DNA of 64,000 nucleotides from an uncultured Gammaproteobacteria bacterium (GCA_963725255.1 CAVRXV010000011.1:99846-163845); one strand, 5' to 3'; positions 42,424 through 52,958 are shown, numbered from the stretch's first letter. The notes: generated by a model not told the origin, from the sequence alone. Numbers and translations are program-made.

Positions 42424-42784
42424 TTATTCCCATTCTAAGCCCCTTTTTTCCACTCATAAATAAAACCAACTACTAAAACAGTAAAAAAATCATCATTGAC
42501 AAAAAACCAAACCAGCCAATTTTGACGCAGCGCAACAGCCCAGGGAAATAAAAATGCCGTTTCTAAATCAAAAATGATAAATAAAATGGCAACTAGATAA
42601 AACCGAACATCAAAAGGCATCCGCGCATCTTCAAAAGCATCGAAAGCCACATTCATAAGGAGAATAGTTTTACTTTATCAGGTCTTATGAGGCCAAAAAT
42701 CGCATCTAACGACATAAGGGCAACATGCCAAACACAATGCCAACGCCATAGAAAAATTAATATTGGCAAATAATTTGTAAGCAT
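42424..42784 (-). CDS. nuoA: NADH-quinone oxidoreductase subunit A, frameshifted
   Basis: [34 protein letters not shown]. Confidence 0.92.
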
Positions 42785-42810
42785 GCTATACTCTCATCTT
42801 ACTTAATCTA

Positions 42811-42895
42811 TGGTGCCGAAGGTCGGACTCGAACCGACACGGCTTTCGCCACCGCCCCCTCAAGACGGCGTGTCTACCAGTTCCACCACTTCGGC
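42811..42895 (-). tRNA. tRNA-Leu (GAG)
   Basis: GCCGAAGTGGTGGAACTGGTAGACAC...TTGAGGG...variable arm...GGTTCGAGTCC...GGCACCA; usual position between secG and nuoA. Confidence 0.96.
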
Positions 42896-42926
42896 ATAGT
42901 TTGTAACTTAATCTATCTCAACACAC

Positions 42927-43298
42927 TTAATTTGGTGTTTCAGGAACGTTCTTCACTGGTAAATTCTTTGTTGGCAGTTCTTTTTGATTTTTCTGACTTT
43001 CAGTCGAAGGTACAGAAGGAATCTCGAGGGTTTTGTGGATGGGCGCAACCATCTCATGTCCCTTAACTCGTGAAGAAACCAGGTAGGTTAAGCCTAAACT
43101 GGTCATAAAAAATATCGCTGCCAATGCGCCAGTCACTTTCACTAAAAAAGGTGTTGAGCCAGCACTTCCAAACATTGTGTTAGATGCTCCGCTACCAAAT
43201 GCAGCACCAACATCAGCGCCTTTACCGTGCTGTATAAGCACCAAAGCGATTAAGCTAATCGAAGCTAAAACATGTATAATCAGTATTATCTGTTGCAT
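42927..43298 (-). CDS. secG: Preprotein translocase subunit SecG
   Basis: LVLIQHGKGADVGAAFGSGASNTMFGS. Confidence 0.97.
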   Translation of the reverse strand: MQQIILIIHVLASISLIALVLIQHGKGADVGAAFGSGASNTMFGSAGSTPFLVKVTGALAAIFFMTSLGLTYLVSSRVKGHEMVAPIHKTLEIPSVPSTESQKNQKELPTKNLPVKNVPETPN

Positions 43299-44044
43299 AA
43301 ACGTGCTATATCCAAAAAATGTTGACTGTCTAACGAAGCCCCACCGATCAAACCGCCATCGATATCGGGTTGTGACATCAATTCCGCGGCGTTGTCGCGT
43401 TTAACGCTGCCACCATATAAGATTCTGAGGGCTTTAGCAAGCTTTTCATCCCTTTTCGCTACCTGTTCACGCAAGTATTGATGGGCAGCCTGAGCTTGCT
43501 CAGGCGTTGCTGTTTTACCCGTTCCAATGGCCCACACAGGCTCATACGCAAGCACAGCATTATAAAGGGATTGTTCTGCATTTTCCAAGTCAAGAACCGC
43601 CTCTAATTGACACCCTATGACTGACATTGTCCGTCCTGCCTCACGCTCGGATAAAGACTCTCCCACGCAGATAATAGGCTTCAACCCAGCTTCAATGGCT
43701 CTGAGGACTTTCGTAGCAACCACCTGGTCACTTTCACCATAAAATTGACGTCGTTCTGAATGCCCGATAATCACATATTGACACCCAAATTCAGCCACCA
43801 TTGCAGCAGAAACCTCTCCTGTAAAAGCCCCTTGTCGCTCGCTAGAAATATTCTGCGCCCCCCAAGCCACCTTCGTGCCCGATAGGGTTCTTTGAACTTG
43901 ATCAATGAAAATAAATGATGGGAAAACAGCTAATTCTACAGCTGAAACTTCATCTGCACCTTCAGCAATACTTTTTGCTAAGACTTCAACTTCTGATCGA
44001 GTCCCCACCATTTTCCAGTTCCCGGCCACCATCGGTCGTCTCAT
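43286..44044 (-). CDS. tpiA: Triosephosphate isomerase
   Basis: AGNWKM, GHSERR, AYEPVWAIGTG, YGGSVK, GGASL. Confidence 0.98.
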   Translation of the reverse strand: MRRPMVAGNWKMVGTRSEVEVLAKSIAEGADEVSAVELAVFPSFIFIDQVQRTLSGTKVAWGAQNISSERQGAFTGEVSAAMVAEFGCQYVIIGHSERRQFYGESDQVVATKVLRAIEAGLKPIICVGESLSEREAGRTMSVIGCQLEAVLDLENAEQSLYNAVLAYEPVWAIGTGKTATPEQAQAAHQYLREQVAKRDEKLAKALRILYGGSVKRDNAAELMSQPDIDGGLIGGASLDSQHFLDIARLCNR

Positions 44045-44124
44045 AATGTTAACTTCCTTTCACAAAATAGAATTCCAAAAAATTATCCGCTAATAATGCA
44101 ATCGGGTCAAATTAAGGAGACCAT

Positions 44125-44203
44125 AAGGGGTCAGACCCCTTGGTAAGACAACCAGACATACTTTACATAAACTCGTCATCGCGAGCGAAGCGTGGCGATC
44201 CAG
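44125..44203. repeat. Two REP-like elements: AAGGGGTCAGACCCCTT and GTCATCGCGAGCGAAGCGTGGCGATCCAG
   Basis: Palindrome at 44125-44141; the second (44175-44203) resembles the widespread GTCAT-GCGAG...GCAATC palindromic repeats. Confidence 0.6.
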
Positions 44204-44256
44204 AATAAATATGCTAACCTTATTGGTACAGACTCATAAAATGGAATTAATTAAAC

Positions 44257-44991
44257 ATGGATTTTACTTCTCTTACCAATATCGCGGTCAGCCTATTTAC
44301 ATTAACGCTGCTAGAAATCATTCTAGGCGTTGATAATTTAGTTTTTATTGCTTTAGCAAGTAATCGACTCCCTCTAGAAAAACAAAAAATGGCTCGTCGA
44401 TTCGGACTTTTATTAGCGCTTATCACTCGCTTACTTTTATTAGCTTCTGTTTTCTGGATAGCTCATTTAGAATTTACACTTTTCACAATTATGGATTTTG
44501 CATTTTCTGCCCGCGATATAGTATTAATATGCGGAGGATTATTTTTACTTTATAAAGGTACCCAACAAATTTACGATGAAACAGAACTAGAAGCAGAATC
44601 AAAACTTAAGCATCACTATAACAAAGTCCATTGGGTTATTTTACAAATTGGAATTTTAGATATTATTTTTTCTATTGATAGTGTTTTTACTGCTGTAGGA
44701 ATGACTTCTCAATTCCCGATCATGGCAACCGCAATCATCATTACAATTATTGCCATGATTTTTGCAAGTGAACCTCTGAGCCGTTTTATTGAAAGCCGAC
44801 CAACCCTCAAAATTCTGGCGTTGAGTTTTATATTATTGATTGGAACACTTTTAATTGCCGATGGCTTCCATTACCACTTACCTCGAGCTTATGTTTATTT
44901 TTCGATTTGCTATGCGTTATTTGTAGAGCTATTGAACAAGTGGGTTCAGCATCGAAGGAAAGAAGTGAGGAAAATCAGTACAAAGAGATAA
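44257..44991 (+). CDS. TerC-family membrane protein
   Basis: LLEIILGVDNLVFI, DIIFSIDSVFTAVG, LSFILLIGTLLIADG. Confidence 0.93.
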   Translation: MDFTSLTNIAVSLFTLTLLEIILGVDNLVFIALASNRLPLEKQKMARRFGLLLALITRLLLLASVFWIAHLEFTLFTIMDFAFSARDIVLICGGLFLLYKGTQQIYDETELEAESKLKHHYNKVHWVILQIGILDIIFSIDSVFTAVGMTSQFPIMATAIIITIIAMIFASEPLSRFIESRPTLKILALSFILLIGTLLIADGFHYHLPRAYVYFSICYALFVELLNKWVQHRRKEVRKISTKR

Positions 44992-45035
44992 ATAGAATCT
45001 TATGCTAAATTTTTCAAGGCTCACTTTCTCGAAAA

Positions 45036-45173
45036 TGAACCATAGAGAACCTAAAAACTGGTTCAGAACCATTTTTTAGGTTCTCTATGGTTCAAGGGCT
45101 GGGTCCCAACCATAATGGAGTTAAGATGAACCATTGGGAACTAAAAAACTGGTTCAGAACCATTTTTTAGGTT
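45036..45173. promoter_or_regulatory. 59-bp near-perfect palindrome plus a second partial copy 91 bp downstream; probable operator array
   Basis: TGAACCATAGAGAACCTAAAAACTGGTTC-A-GAACCATTTTTTAGGTTCTCTATGGTTCA (45036-45094, 28/29 pairs); related copy 45127-45173 abuts TATACT at 45173-45178. Confidence 0.75.
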
Positions 45174-45211
45174 ATACTTACCCCCATCGTCCCATTCATC
45201 AAGGAACAACA

Positions 45212-46450
45212 ATGTACTGGCAAAGCTTGGGCTTCAAAGATGACCCCCTGAAAACAGCTCCAATAACCTATGAAACATTGCCGCTCTATATAGGCCATGA
45301 GAGTGAAGTTAAGGCATGCCAACATGTCTTAACGACTGGTAACGTGAGAATTGTTATTGAAGGTGCTCGGGGAGTAGGAACCACCTCTTTTGCCAACTAT
45401 CTGCGATTTACGGCTCATAATAAAAAACTCTACTTTACAATGAGAAATGAAATTAAAGTTGAGCAAGGCTGGCGACTTGAAACCTTACTAGCAGTTATCA
45501 TTTCCCATCTTGTAAGAGAACTAGAACTATTCAGCAATGACGCCGCTATTATCAAAGATCAACGTTTTCAAAATGCGAAATCACTTTCTTCACGTATCGC
45601 AGAAACCTATCGATCATTTGGAGTAGAAGCATTTGGCACAGGTATCAATTATGGCAAAACAGCAGGAATTGTCACACAACCCGTCATTATTCCATCGCCA
45701 ACTTTGGGCCATCATATTGAAGATTTAGTCGCCTTAATAAGAGAACACGGCTATCAGCATGGAATATTATTGCAATTAAATAATTTAGACATTGGCGAAG
45801 TCCATGATGAAAAAGAGATAAAGTATTTATTTAATGCTTTAAGGGATTACACTCAAATCGATGGTACAAATTGGCTGTTTGTGGGTGATGTAGGTCTTAG
45901 AAAATTTATCGCCCAAAATGTCGACCGTTTGGATGATATTATTTCATTTGAAGTTAAAATACCACCTCTGAACGAGCAGGAATTTTCTAAAATGCTCGAC
46001 AAGCGATTTGATTACTACAAAATCTCTGAAAAAGTTGAAACACCTATCGATATGCCAGTTTTTAATTATTTATATAAGATCACTGCAGGACGTTTACGTT
46101 ATATTTTTGGTTTAATTTCTCGACTAATGAACAGCTTACATGTCGGCGATTTAACCAACAAAGTCACTATAGATTTAGCTAAACCGATGTTAATAAAATT
46201 AGCTAAAGACAGGGTGGAACGCACAGACATCACGGGCGCGGAAGAAACTGCATTAAAGCTATTAGTTAACTTAAAAAAACCGACGCCAAGAGAAATCGCT
46301 AAAGCAATGAACAAAACCCCGCAATATATCGGAAGACTCATCTCGAGCTTACACGAAAAGCAACTCATCACTATAAAAAAATCTGGCAATACAAAATGTT
46401 ATTCCCCATCACTTGATGCTACCATTGCGTATTACGAATCATCCACTTAA
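45212..46450 (+). CDS. P-loop ATPase-like protein with degenerate Walker motifs and a C-terminal wHTH
   Basis: Walker A EGARGVGTTS (no Lys), Walker B region ILLQLNNLD, GRLRYI, C-terminal TPREIAKAMNKTPQYIGRLISSL; AAGGA RBS before MYWQ. Confidence 0.72.
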   Translation: MYWQSLGFKDDPLKTAPITYETLPLYIGHESEVKACQHVLTTGNVRIVIEGARGVGTTSFANYLRFTAHNKKLYFTMRNEIKVEQGWRLETLLAVIISHLVRELELFSNDAAIIKDQRFQNAKSLSSRIAETYRSFGVEAFGTGINYGKTAGIVTQPVIIPSPTLGHHIEDLVALIREHGYQHGILLQLNNLDIGEVHDEKEIKYLFNALRDYTQIDGTNWLFVGDVGLRKFIAQNVDRLDDIISFEVKIPPLNEQEFSKMLDKRFDYYKISEKVETPIDMPVFNYLYKITAGRLRYIFGLISRLMNSLHVGDLTNKVTIDLAKPMLIKLAKDRVERTDITGAEETALKLLVNLKKPTPREIAKAMNKTPQYIGRLISSLHEKQLITIKKSGNTKCYSPSLDATIAYYESST

Positions 46451-46464
46451 ACGGACAGTATGCC

Positions 46465-46493
46465 AAACCCCTCACAACTAAAGACGCGACGCC
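46465..46493 (-). repeat. Dispersed repeat family A, copy 4 (inverted)
   Basis: AAACCCCTCACAACTAAAGACGCGACGCC, 28/29 identical to the reverse complement of 51220-51248. Confidence 0.9.
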
Positions 46494-46506
46494 GCACCCG
46501 CCGTAT

Positions 46507-49500
46507 CTAAGCGGCGACTACCGGAACAACTTGTTGTTCAAAATAATCTACATCTTGACGAATGTATGATAATTGATTCGCATAACCACCATTGAAAAAA
46601 GTATTACGATATCCTTCAAAAAAGAAAGGTACTGTAAAACCTACGAATCCAGCAATGATACCAGCAAGACCTTTCAACAAAGACATGTACCATACTTGTT
46701 CCGTTAATGGTGTGAACCGTTCATCTTCCCCGTCAATAATGTTATTCAATAATTCTACAAGATCTTCTTTAAGGGCATCAATTCTGGCTTTTCCATCGAG
46801 ATCAGCGTGCCCATTGAGAGCAGCACTAACCTCTCCAGTCAATTGGTTAAGAGAAGTTTTAATAGCTTGATCTTGCTCATCGTCAGCTACTGCTCTTAAT
46901 TTAGCGGTTACTTTTGCTTCTATATAACGCCTAAACAAAGAGACTATCATTTTCTTTGGATCAAGCTGAGCATGATTAGTATCTCTCTCGTGCACAGCCC
47001 CAGCAAGTTCTTCTCTTACTGCAGTTAATTCTTGGTTTTTCTGTTCAATTACCGTATTTTTTTCACGCTCAAGTCGTTCTCTCAATTCTGCTAATTCTCT
47101 GTTTTTCTGTTCAATTTCCGCATTTTTTTCGCGCTCAAGTCGTTCTTTCAATTCAGCTAATTCCCTATTTTTCTGTTCAATTTCCGCATTTTTATCACGC
47201 TCTAGATTTGATCTCGCTTGCTGTTCTCTATCTGTGAGTTCCCTCAATGCATTTTGGTTTTGAGCTATTAACTGTTCCAACTCAGTAGCTTGATTTGCTA
47301 GCAATCTTTCATTCTCTTCCTGTCGCCGTCTTTCCAAATCTCCTAATTCACGTTCTTTTTGCTCACGTAAATTTCGCAATTCAGAAGCTTTCTCGGCTAA
47401 CAAACTTTTATTTTCTTCTCGTCGTCGCTTTTCCAAATCTCCTAATTCACGTTCTTTTTCATGCACTTCATGCCGTAATTTTGATTTTTTCGAATTAACA
47501 AAATCTTTTTCCAAATACTTTGGTTTTCCAGACCCATCAAATAAATAACCGGGTAATTTAATCGAAACTTGATCCTGTGATTTTGTATTTACAAACTGTT
47601 TAATATCATCCCAAGTAGTACGAGATGCAATAACACCGTTTTTGGATTCTGCATTTTCATTAGCCTGATATCTTACAAGCCGATCATAAGTGTCTTTAAA
47701 TCCTAAAGCTCTGGCTAGATGCAATGCAGTAATACCATTAGCATCACGTGTATTAGGATTAACAAGTTTTGATAAGGTTGGTAAATCTTTTTCATCTGCC
47801 TTTGCATAAAGTTTTAAAATTTCAACAGGAGATACTAAATGTCCTGGCTCAAATCGAGAATGAACATGCTGATGATGAGTAAATTCTTTGAACAAACCAT
47901 TTTTAACTAATCGTTTTCTAGTTCTAACCGATAACGAAGTCGGTTCAAGTGTGTGCCCATGAGCACCTTGATAGTCGAGGATTCCAACAGCACCCCCACT
48001 ATCACAAAGATCTTCTTTCTTTCGATCACTAATATTAAAATCGAGAGTCCCCACATCTAATGTGGATACATACACGGTACGTTCATGATCTAAACCACGA
48101 CCGTGATAATAATCTTGCTGACCCCACATTACCGCTAAAATCATCTTAAAGAGATAATCTAAGAATGATTTGTCATCAACAGCTGCGTGCTGAGTAGGGC
48201 CATCACAAGCAAACTCTTGAAATTGATGAGGCGGAACCAAACAAAAGCCCAAGGTATGAGGATTATAAAGTTCAACGCCTGTCTTAGGATCCACATCAAA
48301 CGCGCTTGCTGGATAATTATCAAATAATCCCCCATCAATACGTGGATTATCATCAACGCGAACTGATTGATAAAAACGCTTACCATTTTCTTCTCGAACA
48401 AATCGTCTTTCTTCAAGATATGCAGGTTGAAATACAATAGGTAGAGACATTGTAATACGCATAGCACTTAAAATTGTTGCATTAGGCGTCTTTTCAACGG
48501 AATATTCTTCACCACGTTGAGTAGCAATATTAGTACCAAAACATTTAAATTCCAAAAATAAATTAGGAAAATCTTTAAAATCTTGGAATGTAATTAATGC
48601 TACTTTCTTACGGAGTATATATTCTTGTTTTTTAATCTCAGTATCGAGGGCATCATACTCCTTTTTTTGCTCTTGAGTCAGCTCAACATTGATTCGCTCA
48701 AGAACTTCAGTACCACGAACTTTTTCCAAGATCTGATCGATGATCCAATCTTTATATACTTCTCCTTTAAATAAGCCAGAACGATGCTTACTTAGTTCAT
48801 TAAATAAAGCTGGTAAACTACTGAGTGTCGATAATTTACTATAAAAAGAAGCAGTTCCATTGAGTAATGCTTTTATAGAATCACCATTTTTCATGACATT
48901 TTCTGTATGGTTTCTATCAACATCGTCGAGGAAACTCATAAATTCGAGATTAAATAATTTTCCTTTTAATTGTTTCCCAGTATTTTTCAATGCCCATAAT
49001 AGACCAATAATAGCGCCCGCCGATGTACCCGCCGTTCCTATTTGTTCCTCTGGTATTACAAAATTATCTTCAAGAGACTTAACTAGGGCTTCTACGTTAG
49101 CGGTACCTTTTGGCCCACCCCCTTTGAAGACTGTATATTTAATCTGTCGTCTTATAGCTGGGGCCGGTGGAACATTTTCTTTCTCGTCGAAAGAGCGAGT
49201 GTAATTTGTTAAAAGCTTTGCAGAATTTTCTAAAGCGGTCAGTTTTTTATCCAGATGATTCTGAACCTCTAGCTTATTGGTTTGAAGATTTGACAAACCG
49301 ACCAAATCCGCAAGTTTCAGAGCGTCATTTTGTTGCTGTGATAATACTTGTCTTATAGACTTCTTTAATAGATTAATTTTAGCTGTTAACTCACCAACTT
49401 TCGTTTTTTCGTGCTGAGCACGTTCATCAGAAATGAGCTTATTATACTCGAGCAAAGCTTCTTTTAATGCATTAAGAAATCCTTTTGCCTTATCTTTATC

Positions 49501-51051
49501 ATCATTCCCATTGTTAGTTTTCATAAGATCCAGATCAGCTTTTATCCGATCTTTTTCATCGTAGTTATTCTTAGTAAAAGCGACTTTCTTTTCCTTAATA
49601 ATATCAAATGGTGTTTTGCCTTCTTTATCTTTAACAAACGGATCAGCACCTTTAAAATACAGAATATTAATAATATCAGGATTTCCTATTTCCGCAGCCA
49701 AATGTAATGCTGTTTTACCTTCCTTATTCTGTTTATTAATATTAGTTGTGCTCATTAACAAAGCACCTACAGATTTAGTCATATTACTTTGAATTGCATA
49801 ATGCAACGGTAAATTGCCTAAATTATCTTCCATATCGGCTAAATTAGGTTGTCTTAGAGTTAGTTTAGAAAATGTTTCTATCACTACAGGCAGGTCATGA
49901 CCCTTCTGGCAGAAAAGATGCAACAGATTTTGTTGTGTATTATTTATATGAGCCAACTTGCCACTGCGAGCGGACCACTTTAATAACTCTATAATCATCA
50001 GAATATTCAGACCATCATGGCCATCACCATATTCTCGAATTTGAGTAATCTGATCTGTAATCGTTTCGCGATTCTTCACCAGATCTGCGTCTTTTGAAAC
50101 TACTGAGGCAAGAGCCAACATTTTTCCGGCATCAAAACACCCATGAGAAGTTGACAGCATTTTAGATAGAAGATCTGGAACATTTAACTCAGCATCATTC
50201 ATCGCAGAATTTAATATGGTCTTCACACTCACATAGTCATCGCTTTGCATAGCATCGATAAGTAAATTCGTAATTTCAGAAGGAAAGTACTTAACAAGAA
50301 TTGGAATCACTCGATCTTCACACTTTGCCGATCGACTTAATGCCAAAACTCCGTATTCACCTGTTAGCCGAGGAGTTTTAGGTTCAACCTTAGCGAGTCG
50401 ATCACAAAATACTTCAACTGCCGAAACACATCCAAGATGTGCAGCATATTGTAGCGGAGTAAAATCAAACTTGTGCTGATTTGCTGCTGTCTTCTGAGTA
50501 AAACGTTCAGTTAAAAATTTTAATTCATTACCTTCTTCAACAGGCGGCACCATGTAAGTTTTTGAAAGTAAATTCTCTTTTAAAAGTAAGGATGAGTCTC
50601 CAAAAGAAGAATTAAGTGCGAGTATTGCTTCATCTTGAACTGTTTTTAGTTCATCCAAGTTATTTTCGAATAAAACAAGAATCTCTTCAAATGATTTCTT
50701 AGTTGTTAAGTGAATTCTGTTTGATGAATAATCTTTACTGATATATCCAACATGATCTGTTCTTAGCTTATGAACTTTGGCTAAAGCTGGAGCACAATCC
50801 TTTAGTTTAGATTGAGCAGATTCACATATGCCCTTTATTCCCAATGCTTCTAATATGTCTTCAAAATCAAATAGTTCATTATATAATCTCAACACCAAAT
50901 CATTTGCATCTGATAGTTTGTTTTCTTTTTGCAAAGACTCTAACGCGCTGAGCTTTTCCAAAGTCTTACGAGCTTTATCAACTGCCGCTTTCAATTTATC
51001 ATGAGCAACCGCTCTATTAATGTAGTCTTGAACTATCACTTTAGCTTGCAT
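46507..51051 (-). CDS. Large ankyrin-repeat plus patatin-like phospholipase plus coiled-coil protein; probable effector
   Basis: Ankyrin motifs (FTPLQYAAHLG, GKTALHLAAEIG, GITALHLARALG); patatin GGGPKG, GTSAG, DGG; start taken at MQAKV with GGGG RBS. Confidence 0.9.
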   Translation of the reverse strand: MQAKVIVQDYINRAVAHDKLKAAVDKARKTLEKLSALESLQKENKLSDANDLVLRLYNELFDFEDILEALGIKGICESAQSKLKDCAPALAKVHKLRTDHVGYISKDYSSNRIHLTTKKSFEEILVLFENNLDELKTVQDEAILALNSSFGDSSLLLKENLLSKTYMVPPVEEGNELKFLTERFTQKTAANQHKFDFTPLQYAAHLGCVSAVEVFCDRLAKVEPKTPRLTGEYGVLALSRSAKCEDRVIPILVKYFPSEITNLLIDAMQSDDYVSVKTILNSAMNDAELNVPDLLSKMLSTSHGCFDAGKMLALASVVSKDADLVKNRETITDQITQIREYGDGHDGLNILMIIELLKWSARSGKLAHINNTQQNLLHLFCQKGHDLPVVIETFSKLTLRQPNLADMEDNLGNLPLHYAIQSNMTKSVGALLMSTTNINKQNKEGKTALHLAAEIGNPDIINILYFKGADPFVKDKEGKTPFDIIKEKKVAFTKNNYDEKDRIKADLDLMKTNNGNDDKDKAKGFLNALKEALLEYNKLISDERAQHEKTKVGELTAKINLLKKSIRQVLSQQQNDALKLADLVGLSNLQTNKLEVQNHLDKKLTALENSAKLLTNYTRSFDEKENVPPAPAIRRQIKYTVFKGGGPKGTANVEALVKSLEDNFVIPEEQIGTAGTSAGAIIGLLWALKNTGKQLKGKLFNLEFMSFLDDVDRNHTENVMKNGDSIKALLNGTASFYSKLSTLSSLPALFNELSKHRSGLFKGEVYKDWIIDQILEKVRGTEVLERINVELTQEQKKEYDALDTEIKKQEYILRKKVALITFQDFKDFPNLFLEFKCFGTNIATQRGEEYSVEKTPNATILSAMRITMSLPIVFQPAYLEERRFVREENGKRFYQSVRVDDNPRIDGGLFDNYPASAFDVDPKTGVELYNPHTLGFCLVPPHQFQEFACDGPTQHAAVDDKSFLDYLFKMILAVMWGQQDYYHGRGLDHERTVYVSTLDVGTLDFNISDRKKEDLCDSGGAVGILDYQGAHGHTLEPTSLSVRTRKRLVKNGLFKEFTHHQHVHSRFEPGHLVSPVEILKLYAKADEKDLPTLSKLVNPNTRDANGITALHLARALGFKDTYDRLVRYQANENAESKNGVIASRTTWDDIKQFVNTKSQDQVSIKLPGYLFDGSGKPKYLEKDFVNSKKSKLRHEVHEKERELGDLEKRRREENKSLLAEKASELRNLREQKERELGDLERRRQEENERLLANQATELEQLIAQNQNALRELTDREQQARSNLERDKNAEIEQKNRELAELKERLEREKNAEIEQKNRELAELRERLEREKNTVIEQKNQELTAVREELAGAVHERDTNHAQLDPKKMIVSLFRRYIEAKVTAKLRAVADDEQDQAIKTSLNQLTGEVSAALNGHADLDGKARIDALKEDLVELLNNIIDGEDERFTPLTEQVWYMSLLKGLAGIIAGFVGFTVPFFFEGYRNTFFNGGYANQLSYIRQDVDYFEQQVVPVVAA
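47025..47460 (-). repeat. Intragenic coding tandem repeats (66-nt x about 3; 99-nt x2) in the coiled-coil region
   Basis: CTGTTCAATT at 47041, 47107, 47173 (period 66; EKNAEIEQKNRELAELKERLER); TTTCCAAATC at 47331 and 47430 (period 99; KERELGDLE). Confidence 0.9.
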
Positions 51052-51219
51052 TGTTTCCCCCAAAAAGTAAGAGTATTCTTCAAAAATGCTATAAAAATAC
51101 CATAAACAAGCCAATATCTCAAGCTTTTGTAGGAAAATCGCCCTATCTATCGATATTCTAGCCTTTTTAAGCCATAAACAGACTATTTAACCACAAGTTT
51201 ATTAAGAGATTATTAAATC

Positions 51220-51248
51220 GGCGTCGCGTCTTGAGTTGTGAGGGGTTT
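51220..51248 (+). repeat. Dispersed repeat family A, copy 5
   Basis: GGCGTCGCGTCTTGAGTTGTGAGGGGTTT. Confidence 0.92.
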
Positions 51249-51363
51249 AGGCCGTTTTGGTGATTTTATTAGTTAAAAAACACATATAATTACAACTTTC
51301 AAGCAGATATATCATTGGGGCTATTCAGCCGTGATAAGAAAAGAGAGATACTTAATCAACGCC

Positions 51364-51552
51364 TCAAGACTCATCAACACAAAGATAATCTTTCAATTCA
51401 TCGGGATCATTAATTATTTTAATTGCATCCGAATGAGAAGAGGATCGAATAATAAGAGGATAACTGAGTATATCCGCCACACGTTTAAGTTCATTATTTT
51501 GAGATTCTACCCTTGTGGAGGGCTTAATAAGATCAATAGTATACGAGTTCAT
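51364..51552 (-). pseudogene. Short ORF translationally coupled to argH; probable truncated fourth gene of the arg operon
   Basis: Its ATG overlaps the argH TGA (TTATGA); 62 codons, no recognised family. Confidence 0.35.
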
Positions 51553-52958
51553 AACACTATCTCCAGCAATTTCATTTTCAAGGCTAACCAGTTTGATACA
51601 TCCACTATTTTATCTTTTGCTCGATTAATCTGATTATCTACCGAGCCTTTTGAAGTTCCACCAGAAACAGTATGCGCTTCAACAACATTTTCAATTTTGA
51701 TCACTTCATACAGATCTTGCTCAAAGTAATTAGAAAATGTTTTATAATCTTCTATGGTTAACTCACGTAACAATATTTTTTTATTGATACAGAACATCAC
51801 AATTTTACCCGCAATAGCATGCGCATCTCTAAAGGCTATTTTTTTATTGACTAAATAGTTGGCCAATTGAGTAGCATTTGAGTAATCATTGTCAATGGCC
51901 GCTCTCATCCTCTCTTTATTTATTTTCATGGACTTTAATAGTGGTGCGAAAACTGTCAGCGTTTTAGTCAAGGTTTTTACCACGTCGAATAACCCTTCCT
52001 TGTCTTCTTGAAGATCTTTGTTATAGGCCAAGGGCAATCCTTTTAGTACAGTAAGCAGCCCTATCAATGCTCCGTAAACTCGCCCGACTTTCCCCCTGGC
52101 TAATTCAGCGACATCAGGATTTTTCTTTTGTGGCATCATGCTACTGCCAGTGCAAAATTGATCATCCAACTCTACAAATGAGAATTCGTGACTGCTCCAT
52201 AAAATAATTTCTTCGCTCAACTTCGAAAAATGCATCATAACCAGTGAAGCATTAAATAAAAATTCGGCAATAAAATCTCTATCACTCACTGCATCAAGAC
52301 TATTTTCATAAACCCCTTGAAAATTTAATAATTTCGCCACATATTCTCTATCAATAGAAAATCCACTACCCGCCAAGGCACCTGCACCTAAAGGGCAAAT
52401 ATTGACCCTATCAAACAAGTTTATGAAACGTTGGATATCACGATTAAACATATTAAAATAAGCCAATATATGATGTGAAAATCGAATTGGCTGTGCTCTT
52501 TGTAAATGCGTGTATCCCGGCATTAGAGTATCAATGTTTTCTATAGCGAGATCGACCAATATTTGATTGATATGATTAAGCAATGACACTACATGTAAAA
52601 TATGATGTCGAACATATAAATGCATATCAAGAGCAACTTGATCGTTTCTACTTCTTCCTGTATGTAATTTGTTAGCCTCACCACCTATCAACTGATACAA
52701 TAACTTCTCTATATGAGTATGAATATCTTCATCTGACGACGTTACCTCTGATGGATTAAATCGTATTTTTTTTAAACCACTTATAATAATTTCAACAGTT
52801 TTTTCGTCTAGAATATTACAAGCACCTAACATTTTGACATGCGCGAGACTTCCTTGAATATCAAAGTGATATAATTGATAATCAAATACTATAGAGGCGT
52901 TATATTCATCGACTAAATTATGAGTACTATTTGCAAATCGTCCAGCCCATAATTTCAT
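51549..52958 (-). CDS. argH: Argininosuccinate lyase
   Basis: [30 protein letters not shown]. Confidence 0.98.
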   Translation of the reverse strand: MKLWAGRFANSTHNLVDEYNASIVFDYQLYHFDIQGSLAHVKMLGACNILDEKTVEIIISGLKKIRFNPSEVTSSDEDIHTHIEKLLYQLIGGEANKLHTGRSRNDQVALDMHLYVRHHILHVVSLLNHINQILVDLAIENIDTLMPGYTHLQRAQPIRFSHHILAYFNMFNRDIQRFINLFDRVNICPLGAGALAGSGFSIDREYVAKLLNFQGVYENSLDAVSDRDFIAEFLFNASLVMMHFSKLSEEIILWSSHEFSFVELDDQFCTGSSMMPQKKNPDVAELARGKVGRVYGALIGLLTVLKGLPLAYNKDLQEDKEGLFDVVKTLTKTLTVFAPLLKSMKINKERMRAAIDNDYSNATQLANYLVNKKIAFRDAHAIAGKIVMFCINKKILLRELTIEDYKTFSNYFEQDLYEVIKIENVVEAHTVSGGTSKGSVDNQINRAKDKIVDVSNWLALKMKLLEIVL

